A DNA stretch of 64,000 nt from Felis catus. Lineage: Eukaryota. The stretch lies in contig NC_058368.1 of NCBI RefSeq assembly GCF_018350175.1, positions 205,408,001-205,472,000 of the forward strand. The letters run 5' to 3'. The position numbers and the translations under genes were made by a program. Shown here in pieces: positions 53,907-64,000 of this stretch. How positions within the stretch are numbered: position 1 is the first letter of the stretch; every line of letters starts with the position of its first letter. Under the pieces are notes generated by a model that saw only the letters and a list, made by a program, of their open reading frames with translations, was not told the DNA's origin and did no database searches.

Positions 53907-54120
53907 GGGGCGCCTGGGTGGCTCAGTCGGTTGAGTGTCTGACTTCAGCTCAGGTCACGATGTCACGGTCTGTGGTTCGAGCCCCGCATCGGGCTCTGGG
54001 CTGATGGCTCAGAGCCTGGAGCCTGTTTCCGATTCTGTGTCTCCCTCTCTCTCTGCCCCTCCCCCATTCATGCTCTGTCTCTCTCTGTCTCAAAAATAAA
54101 TAAAAATGTTAAAAAAAAAT
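53907..54120 (+). mobile_element. Young Can-SINE
   Basis: TSD tttaaaatggacaatgt. Confidence 0.92.
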
Positions 54121-54664
54121 TTAAAATGGACAATGTGGTTGACTCTGTGTAATCTGGTTTTTTTTTTTATGGAATCATCTTAATGATCTGTCTGTGACAC
54201 AGATACATAATATTACTGAATAAAAGCCTATATATAACATAGCTTAAAATAATTGGTAGTTTAGCCCTCTCTTCATTTTATATATTTCTATAAAACTTCC
54301 TGCAACAGTGTTGCTTCTCTGAATACCAGGAGATATTATACATTGTCCTGGGTGAAGTTCTTTTTCTTTTTTTTTCTTCCTTTATAATCTGGTTCTTTTC
54401 AGCCAGTCTTCTTCTAAGAACAGAAAATGACCCTCTAGTGTCTGAGAATCACTGTAAATATTAGAAAAGAGAGGTTTTCTTTGGTTTTGTTCTGTTTTGT
54501 TTTTGGCATAAGGAAAAGGGAGATAAAATCCTTTAACTGATCCTGAAAATATGATAAAGGCTAGCCTCCCTTGCCTGGGAACAGACGTCTCTGATCTATC
54601 ACTGCACACATTTCTGCTAGACTCAGATTCACATTGGGATACTTTTCAATAACGTGCTGTAGAC

Positions 54665-54850
54665 AGCCACTCCCAATTGACTCTGTCTGCAATGACCAAC
54701 ATGGTGGCCACTAGCCATATGTGACATTTAAAATTTAAATTAATTAAGATTAAACAAGATAAAAATTCATTTTCTCTTTGGTAGCTGCATATAACTAGCA
54801 ACTACTGTTTTGATCAACATAGATATCTGTGAAAAGTTTTATTGCACAGG
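54665..54850. mobile_element. MER33/MER3-like hAT relic
   Basis: atggtggccactagccatatgtgac...aaatttaaattaattaag...aaagttttattgcacag. Confidence 0.55.
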
Positions 54851-54918
54851 GTTATTTATAATGATCAAGATGAAATCTAATTTGTCCTTCTAGTTTAGGA
54901 ATCTAAGCAAAACAGCTT

Positions 54919-55277
54919 TTATTTATTTATTTTTAATATGAAATTTATTGTCAAATTGGTTTCCATACAACACCCAGTGCTCATCCCAACAGGTGCCCTC
55001 CTCAATACCCATCACCCACCCTCCCCTCCCTCCCACCCCCCATAAACCCTCAGTTTGTTCCCAGTTTTTAGGAGTCTCTTATGTTTTGGCTCCCTCCCTC
55101 TCTAACCATTTTTTTCTCCTTCCCCTCCCCCATGGTCTTCTGTTAAGTTTCTCAGGATCCACATAGGAGTGAAAACATATGGAATCTGTCCTTCTCTGTA
55201 TGACTTATTTCACTTAGCATAACACTCTCCAGTTCCATCCGTGTTGCTACAAAAGGCCATATTTCCTTCTTTCTCAT
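54919..55277 (-). mobile_element. Young 5'-truncated carnivore L1 3' end
   Basis: 15-bp TSD taagcaaaacagctt (54904-54918 / 55278-55292); same family as 33261-33598. Confidence 0.9.
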
Positions 55278-55714
55278 TAAGCAAAACAGCTTGTAGATAA
55301 TGGATTATTATAAGCCTATCTCCTCGGCATGCTCAATAGTAGAAGTCCGCATGCTCATAAGTTGAATTGGAAGAACTGTGTTCTCGAAAGAGGAAAATAA
55401 TTTGGACTTGGGGATGGTGAGTAGATTGGGTATTTTCTGATATGAAAAGTGCATTTTGGTTTTGGGATTTTTGTATTATTCTGAGTCTAGTGAGCACCCT
55501 GACCTCCAGCTCCAACTCCTCAGAGTTCTGTGTACGCTGTTCACTTGCACTGACCTCCAGGATTCTGTAATTCTTCCCTAGTCCTGTCCTACTTTATTTT
55601 ATGGTGATCATAGTGGGATGGGTGATTACAAGCTGGCCACTGAAGTGCTGTATTTAACGGGAATCCTCAGAGATCATAAATTACCCATATTTTCTCTTGC
55701 CTGCTAGTTATTAA

Positions 55715-55950
55715 CAACAATAATAGCTACTGTTAATCAAATATTTATTATGTATTAGTCACTGCTGTACTCTTTACGTTATTATTTTTGTAATCCTCAA
55801 GATAGTCCTATAAGGTAGGAACCATTTTTATCCTTATTTTACAGATGAGGACTTTAAAGCACAGACAGGTTGTGTGTGACCTGATGTCACACAGCTAGGT
55901 GGAGCTAGAACAGAGCAATAGAGATATTGATTCCAGGGTGTCTGCCCTTT
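55715..55950 (-). mobile_element. MIR relic
   Basis: atccttattttacagatgaggac...gtcacacagctag core. Confidence 0.65.
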
Positions 55951-58941
55951 TCCATTATTTTATGAAATACTCTCATACTGTCATAAATGGATGGTTTTTC
56001 AAACTTGTGAAAGATGCTGAATCTCTGGAAGTAGACCATTTCAATGTTAACTCTTAGAATCGAGCAGAGCGTTTTGGCTAATTTCTTCCTCTATTCTGTT
56101 CTTCCTTGCCAGTTATTCTGATCGTGGTCCCTTCTTCCTCCACTACCATATACCTCGGAGCTGGCTTTAGAAAAGCCTCACCCTGTGGTCAGTAGCTGTA
56201 TGGGGTCCATTCAGTCTTTCTCTTAGACTCAGTTCATTCTATTTCGTAGCCTCTTTGAACCTTGCAACTTTTCACAGATTTCCCTAAATGTGGTGATTGA
56301 ATGTCTGTTCTGGTACTTGCAGACAGTCAGAAGCTATTTCTTAGAGCTCTCAGCTCGTGTCCTGTCTCTTATGGAGGAGGAAATCGAGGACTCTTCAGCA
56401 GCAGCTTCAGCATCTGGGTTAGAGCCTCTCTTCCGAAGCCCCGTGTCGCTCCACATGGCTACATCTCTGCAGCCTTTATCCCTGTTTCCATCCTGTAACT
56501 TGAGTTTTAAGGAGGGCAGAACTATAACTGTCTATAATATTAATGATGGTTCCCTTAGACCGCTCAAAATTGTTTTTTGGACTTAGAAGCAGGGTGGTCT
56601 TCTTGCTTTTTGTTTGTTTGTTTCTTCTTTCATTAATTTACAGTAAATATTTTATGTGAAGAAGCAAACCAGTGTGTTTATCTCGAATTAAAGAGAGTAT
56701 CAAATTTGCCCTCAATATGAATTCTTTCTACTTTCTCTAAAAGGGGAATAGTCCTCTTTTTCAGAAAAGTTTCCCCTTTCACATGTGTTCTGCACAAGCT
56801 TGTGAGTTATATAAAGCCAATGAGGTGACCAAGTAGGTCATTTTCCCCTTTACTACAATCCATATGAATATTGCATTCATATTTCTTAAAACCTGTAACC
56901 GCTTGCATACTTCACCACCAAGTTGTGATATAGTGAATGCTGGCTGTGTCCCTCCCCCTCACCCCCGTAAGGAACTGGGTAGCTACTGGGAAAAATAGTG
57001 CACGTGGGTGCACATATTGGCACACATGCCAGAAAGATGTTTCTCTTTTGGGCCCAGACAGTGTTATTTCTGGACCTCCTTCTCTTTGAGTGGGTGAAGT
57101 CGTCTTCCCTGATAAACTTCACACATTTAAGTGCAAAACCAGCCAGGGAATGACTCTTGGTGTTACATTCTGCGTGTGTAATAGGAGAAGTGAGGACTGT
57201 CGCGTCTTCCTGAGGGAACTCATTTGGCTTTTGGAAGGGTCTCGCTATCCCCTCAATTCCCTGTGATCCCTCTGCCAGTCTCCCCGGTGCTTAGCCCACC
57301 GCCCCGCGTTTTTTCTTGGAAGTGACCTGTCTCTGCATTTTTTTTCAAAAGCAGCTTATAATAGAAAACTCAGGGGGAGCGTTTGGAGTGCTTCACTCAG
57401 GAGACTGGTAAGCTTTTGTCTCCTGCAAGCAGCCTGGCGTGCCTGCTCTGTCAGAAAAGGTCGTCTGACTCAGCCACCGAAGGCTCTTCAAGCTGCCTGA
57501 GACCAAAATAGCCCAGCTGGTTTCGTCAGGGTTGTGCCATGGCTGGTGTTAGGTTTATACAGGGCCTCTTCTATTTTAGCTCATTTCAGCTTTTAGTGAA
57601 AATAGTATATTTATTATCACGACTTGAATAAAATTATTTTTATTTTGTTCACATCATGGCGTATTTCTATATTTGCTTATGAAAGAATTGCTTATATTCT
57701 AGAATACTTGATGCGTACAAATATTGTAGATGTGTAGCCTGTGTGGGTTATGAAGTATAATAATAAATTGAATATCTGTGAACCCACCCAAGGTAAGAAT
57801 TAGCGGATTGCTCATATTCCTTTTCGTCTGCCTGCATCCACTGCGGCCATAACCGTTGTCAGGGATATTGTGTTTATCAGTTCCTTGCTTTTAAAAAAAA
57901 TGTTCTAAGTCATAAGGTATGGACATATTGAAACTTATTTCCCAAAGTGCTATCCTAAGACTTGTGTCAGAAGAGGCAGGCTTTGGGAACTGTGACTTCT
58001 GCGTTCTGTCCTAATGGCTGGCACGTGCCATCTCTCCTTAGGAGATTAACTAGAGGAAAAGATTAGAGGCACATCTGCCATCCTGCCCAGCAGACACACT
58101 GGTGGGTGAGGAAGGGCAGAGAGTGATTGCAGTATAAAGGATATTAAAAAATGTTTGTTTCTGATGTTTATTATGAAGGACAATGAACATATATACAGCA
58201 GTAAACAGGAGAGTATGGTGAAGCCCCCCCCCCCCCCCCGAGCTCATCCTTCAGCTGCAGTGACGCTCATGCTTGCCTCCTCTACATCCCCGTCTCCCCT
58301 TTTCTCCTCCTTTCTTATCTGGGAAGAACCACCAGATTTTATACCTCAACCACATTCTAAAGAGAATTCAAAAAAGCTCCTAAATCCTAGGGTGCCAGGC
58401 ACTTTTCTACGTTCTGGAAGCACAGCAGTGAACAAAACCGAAAAACCCCTGCCCTCACAGAGCTTACGTTCTGATGCTTAAGACGTGACAGGCAATACCC
58501 AAGGGACACAGGCAGTGTGCTATCTATTGATAAACGTTAAGGAGAAAAGACAACCAAAAAGCATGAAAAGAAACCTGAAACGCCAGGAGACGAAACTGAA
58601 GTTTTAGAGAAGGTGGGCAGTAAAAAGCCGCAGTGAGCTGACTCCTGAGTAGAGACTCCCCAGGAAGTCAGGGCACCAGCTCGGCAGCCCTGTGAGGAGG
58701 AGCCGTCTAGGCGGTAGGGGGAGCACATTCCTGGTGGGTTTGAAGACCAGGGAAGATCTACTCTCTCTTGTTCAGTGCTGGACGGCAGGCAGCCCAAGGA
58801 GCCTTGCATGAGGGCAGCTTTCTTGAGAGCAACGGCAGTTTCCTTCAGAGGCTATGTGAAATAGGATTTGTATTTTTAGTTCGTTTCATAATAGTCCCCA
58901 AGAGATGATTAGGCCTAAATCTGACCTTAAAACTCTGAGAT

Positions 58942-59164
58942 GGGGGCGCCTGGGTGGCTCAGTCGGTTAAGCGTCTGACTTCGGCTCAGGTCATGATCTC
59001 GTGGTCCGTGAGTTCGAGCCCTGCGTCGGGCTCTGTGCTGACAGCTCAGAGCCTGGAGCCTGTTTCAGATTCTGTGTCTCCCTCTCTCTGACCCTCCCCT
59101 GTTCATGCTCTGTCTCTCTCTGTCTCAAAAATAAATAAACATTAAAAAAAAAAAAAAAAAAAAA
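58942..59164 (+). mobile_element. Young Can-SINE
   Basis: TSD aaaactctgagatg. Confidence 0.93.
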
Positions 59165-61446
59165 ACTCTGAGATGAATGGAGGATGATTTTGTGATTGGA
59201 ACCTCTTGGCTCTTATGACTCTCTGGCCCTGTTTGCAGAACTTTGCATTGATAACACCCCGTGAATTATCTTAGCAGAAGTGATCAAACTGGTTGTTATT
59301 TTACTTTACAATAGAAGGTGGGAACACAGTGGATTTTAATGACATGACTTAATCACTTCAGTGGATTCTGTGAACATTTAATCTCCACCAAGCAGGCCAA
59401 TTAATGTATCCGTGGTTTAGAGACTTTGGTTATCTTCCTTCCTGCTTTAGAGAACACAGAAATGCCCCAGGGATAAACATAAGTCCTTTCCTCCTAAGTG
59501 TCTTTTCTTCTTAATCTTGACATTGCAAATGCCTTATGATATTACAGCTTCTAAAGCAGTGAAACTCACAATTTTTACAAGAAATAGTAAAAAGAAAAAA
59601 CATGGGTGTAAATAGAAAAAATTAAAACTTCTCTCCACATAAGACAAGTACTTCTAATCAGTTAAGAGACCTCATTAGACAGATTCAGTTTCAAGCACAC
59701 ACATCCATACCCAGGCAACTACTGGTCATGCCTGTATGGAATTCATTCACACACACAATTCTCTGATTGACCTATGGAAACGTGGTATTTATGAGAACTT
59801 GGCTAGAATGTCAAATTTGATAGTCACTGTGTGATGCATAATATGCTAAGTATTTTTCACTGCCCTTAAGTATTTACCTGGTAAAGCCCTGGTTCAGTTA
59901 GTTAACTAGAATGAGGACAGCAAGAAACTATTCCAGTCCTCCTTACTTCATCTACATGGGCCAGTTGAGTTGAACATTCGACACAAATTCTTTTTAAAAG
60001 GTGAGAGGAGGTAAGAGAGCTGTTTGATACAATACAAAAAGAACAAATACCTTCTTTCCTCCAACCCCCCATGAACCCTGGTGACCCTTGATCCTAAGGC
60101 AGAATGCAGTCACTTGCCCACGTGTTAACTTTCGGGATGGATGTGGTAAGCAATGGATATCATTTACATTGATTTTTGTTGTTAGACCTGTTAATTTATA
60201 TCTTTTAATTTACATTTCTTTTTCTTACAGGTTTTTAGTGACAAGATTTTATTCATGCTTTATATTTCATTTTATAATTATTACTAAATCACTCTGAAAG
60301 AGGTATCTCTAAGTTTCTTATGCTACAAATTCAGCCAGATAAACAGTGCTTTGACAGATAATTTCCTCACACCACTAAACTAACTGAAGTGATTGACTTT
60401 ACTTATTTCAGAGTATTAAAGTATTTAAAGACCATTCGTGGCTATTAAAGGCCATTGAATTTTCATGAAATGCTACATTGGTTTGAAAATATTTGAATGC
60501 TAATGAAGATGTATTTAATGAAGACAAATTGTATTAATGAAGATGAGTTGAGTATTTTGGCAAAATAACCTTCTCAGTAGTAGAATTACTATTACATTAA
60601 TATCTGCTGTTTCTACCAAGGAAACAGTAAATATTAAAAAAGTATGGACTTGATGAATGCCTGGTGTTAACTTCACTTTTTTTTTTTTGCACACTCTTAT
60701 AGATTACTAAATATAATTCTTAGACTAATGACCATTTACATCCAGAAGAATAGCAGAATAGAAACATGGTTTATTGATGATAAAAATATATTAAATCAAG
60801 TGCTAATCCTGACATTTTATTTCTTGTTGCTTGGTAACAATGCAGCAGCTATGTGAGAGAGTTCCATTATCTCGGGTACAATGGACTTCACTGCATTGTG
60901 GGGTAGCAGTACCAATTACAGCAAGTCATTTGTGTGCCATTATCCTTACAAAATTTAGGTGCTGTTTTTTATTGTCAGTGCAGAGATCCTGAAAGTCATT
61001 TAATAACACATTCCCTTTTTTTTTTGATGGGCTGGTGAATTTTATTCTATTTTTAGGTTTTTGAGTTTGTATCTAGTTATAATTTTTGAGGCTTCACAAA
61101 TTTGCATTTTGTCAATGTGTATCAACTGTATAAACTTAGGCTTTTACATTTATTATAAAGGTACGTACATTATAAGGGAAGCTTCATTAATTCTTGGTGA
61201 GCATCTTTTATCCATGACCACCTAAGGAGGGGAGAAAAAACTATCTGGGCAGAATTTTTTGCCTCATGAAAAATCATCAGAGTATATTCCTCATCCTTCT
61301 CTAATGTAAAAAATTCCTAGTTTAGTGCCTGCTTCAGGAAAAGGAAACCTGTGGAACCGCTATGATTCATTTTAAATGAAAGGCTGATTTACGTTGTGTG
61401 GCCATATATATATGTTCTATATACTATTAGTTCACAGTAATTATTT

Positions 61447-61669
61447 TTTTTTTTAATTTTTTTTTCAACGTTTATTTATTTTTGGGACAGAGAGAGACAG
61501 AGCATGAACGGGGGAGGGGCAGAGAGAGAGGGAGACACAGAATCGGAAACAGGCTCCAGGCTCTGAGCCATCAGCCCAGAGCCTGACGCGGGGCTCGAAC
61601 ATCACGGACCGCGAGATCGTGACCTGGCTGAAGTCGGACGCTTAACCGACTGCGCCACCCAGGCGCCCC
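61447..61669 (-). mobile_element. Very young Can-SINE
   Basis: 15-bp TSD tcacagtaattattt. Confidence 0.95.
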
Positions 61670-61687
61670 TCACAGTAATTATTTAAA

Positions 61688-61991
61688 AGGATTGCAAAAC
61701 TATAGCCCATGGCCTGTTTTTGTACCACATAAAGTTAAGAATGTTTTTATATTTTTATTTGTTTAATTTATTTTTTTAAAAATTTATTTTTTTTAAGTAA
61801 TTTCCACACCCATTGTGGGGCTCAAGCGTACAACCCTGAGATCAAGAGTCACATGCTCTATTGGCTGAGCCAGCCAGGTGCCCCAAGAATTTTTTATATT
61901 TTTAAAGGGCTATTTAGAAAAAGAATATGTGACAGAGTCCACAAAGCCTAAAATATTAACTGGACTTCACAGAAAAAGTTTGCAGACCCTT
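61688..61991. mobile_element. MER58-like hAT relic interrupted by a SINE
   Basis: gcaaaactatagcccatgg...caaagcctaaaatatt...cagaaaaagtttgcagaccct. Confidence 0.55.
61750..61884 (-). mobile_element. Short, older Can-SINE inside the MER58-like relic
   Basis: gagatcaagagtcacatgctc...gccaggtgcccc. Confidence 0.8.
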
Positions 61992-62049
61992 AATTTACAG
62001 TATAATTTCTATTTTTGTAGTCCAAATATGTTAAATGTCACTCTGTTAT

Positions 62050-62283
62050 TTCTTTTTTTTTTTTTTTTAATTTTTTTTAACGTTTATTGATTTTTGAGAC
62101 AGAGAGACACAGAGCATGAGCAGGGGTGGGTCAGAGAGAGAGAGGGAGACACAGAATCTGAAACAGGCTCCAGGCTCTGAGCTGTCAGCACAGAGCCTGA
62201 TGCGGGGCTCGAACCCACGAACCGTGAGATCATGACCTGCGCTGAAGTCAGACGCTTAACCGACTGAGCCACCCAGGCGCCCC
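62050..62283 (-). mobile_element. Can-SINE
   Basis: TSD cactctgtt. Confidence 0.92.
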
Positions 62284-63940
62284 ACTCTGTTTTTTCTTAA
62301 AAGACCAATGAGCTCAAATAGAACTGAAACAATAGCAAGTGGTTTGAGAAGAATCAATAAAAAATTAAATCACAAGAATTTGTGTAGTAATGAAATGAAT
62401 GTGCAACTTGGCAGACCCTTTGGGGAGCAACCATAAAGAAAGGAAGATCAGATACAACAACTTGTGTATCCATCCACAGTTGGTGCCATTTCTTTAAAAT
62501 CCCAGTGCCTTTCAGTAAATCTGACTTTAATAGTAGCATGAATTGATGGACTGATTTTATTAGAAGCATCTTGCCTTTTCCTGCCTGTTTCACTTGTTTC
62601 GTACTTGAGGACTAGTTTCTTGGGTGCACAGATGCACAGCCAGGTGAATGTCGGTACCTCAGGACTTCTGCCACCTGAGCCATGTCTCCCATGCGGGTAC
62701 AGCTCCTGCTGGCTGGCAGGAGCTGCGGTTTCCAGGAGCTGTGGAAGTGGTCTGGAGTTGCAGTTGTTCTGTGTTCCTGTCATTTGGAGGGGCCCTATAG
62801 CTCTCCTCTGGAGCTGTACCCTCCGCATCCTGCCGAGAGGGAGGAGGAAGGAGAGGAGCAGGGAGGCTTTGGGCCTGATGAGCCTGATTTTCTCAGCCTT
62901 CTGAACTGTGGCTTTTAAACTTCCTGTTTTCAGTCAGAAACAGATTTATCTGGCTATTCCTTATTTGTTGGTAAGGTAATGGAAATCAGGAAGCCATGTG
63001 CTTTCTTGTATAGCACGAGTCCTCTGAAGCAAAAGAAAAGGCTGGAACCAGCCTGATGTATTTTAGTGACAAGAGGCAAAAGTCAATTATTTTAGCTAGA
63101 TTTTCTTAACTCTTCTTTCTTGTAAGCAGAAGCTAAACTCTGTACTTAAGCACCATTTCTGCAGTAGCATGCATTTTATATCCCTTTCTGTTTGTATAAT
63201 GCTTTTTCAAAGCACTTCCACATATATTAACTCATTTGATCCTCTTAATCACCAAGTGACATAGGAGAAGAAGCAGTTTTATTATAATGTTACAAATGAG
63301 AAAACTGAGACATGAGTAGGTTCCTGGGAGTAGATCACTAGGAAGTTGAATGGTCTTAATGAAAAGGACACTTGGAAGATTTGGTCCTGACTTTGCATGC
63401 TCCATCTGCCTCTGGCAAGACGTAACAGTACTAAGGCTTTATTTTTGAGATGCTCATCAATAAGAAGAATTGTAAAATTGAAAACGTAGGTAGGTAGATA
63501 TGTGGGATTTTACAGAAGGTTGGACTTAAGTGCAAATGAAAGGGTCATGCTTGTAGCTTGGGTACTGTGTATAGAATGGATTTTACGATGGCATAAAGGG
63601 AGACAGGGTGACCAGTAAGGAGACAGTTGCATTGATCCATGCATGAGGTGATGGTGGAGTATAGGTGGGGAAGGCTGATAGAATCGAGGTAAACAGTATT
63701 TTGGAAGAGGAATCTTTCAGACTTGCTGATGCATTGGATATGATGTGCTGGTTAGAGCAAAGGCAGAGATTAACTCCTTAGCCTGACTCCAGCAATGTTG
63801 TATCGAGTATCCTCTGGAAGGCAGTTTTACTATTGGGAATAATCTACATATATTTGATAAATCAGTCATGGAATAGAAAAGGCCATTTAGGGAAAGAAGC
63901 CCTGGGACTAAGCCCTTAGGAGTCTCACTATATTTCTTTA

Positions 63941-63942
<2 letters not shown>

Positions 63943-63979
<37 letters not shown>
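63943..63979. repeat. T37 homopolymer
   Basis: Directly visible. Confidence 0.9.
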
Positions 63980-63983
<4 letters not shown>

Positions 63984-64000
63984 AACAGACTCTGAGATTA

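Noticed and set aside
63943..63979. T37 as a tail-only retro-insertion
   Set aside because: No flanking TSD or element body is visible, and the window ends 21 nt later

Overview
Mammalian genomic DNA, most likely a felid (cat family), judged from the abundant tRNA-derived Can-SINEs of the cat type and carnivore L1 3' ends. The window holds about 20 kb of repeat-rich upstream sequence, a CpG-island promoter (~20.3-21.7 kb) and coding exons 1-7 of OXCT1 on the + strand. OXCT1 encodes mitochondrial succinyl-CoA:3-ketoacid CoA transferase (SCOT). The seven exons (78+109+91+136+150+107+61 = 732 nt, 244 codons) all have GT-AG boundaries and join into one uninterrupted frame. The window ends inside intron 7 and I saw no exon 8. 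The rest is about 45 SINEs, several L1 3' fragments, a probable solo ERV LTR, MLT/MER/MIR/L2 relics and microsatellites. Most short ORFs in the supplied track are SINE, L1, microsatellite or GC-rich artefacts. I found no convincing wholly new biological system. The best leads are regulatory: (1) exon 6 looks like a recursive-splicing exon; (2) a perfect TISU/YY1 element sits on the start codon; (3) two CTCF motifs point away from each other, one bracketed by inverted CCAAT boxes; (4) there are candidate poison and alternative exons; (5) the LTR carries a long R-region hairpin. Repeat subfamily names and human-protein comparisons are from memory, not from searches.
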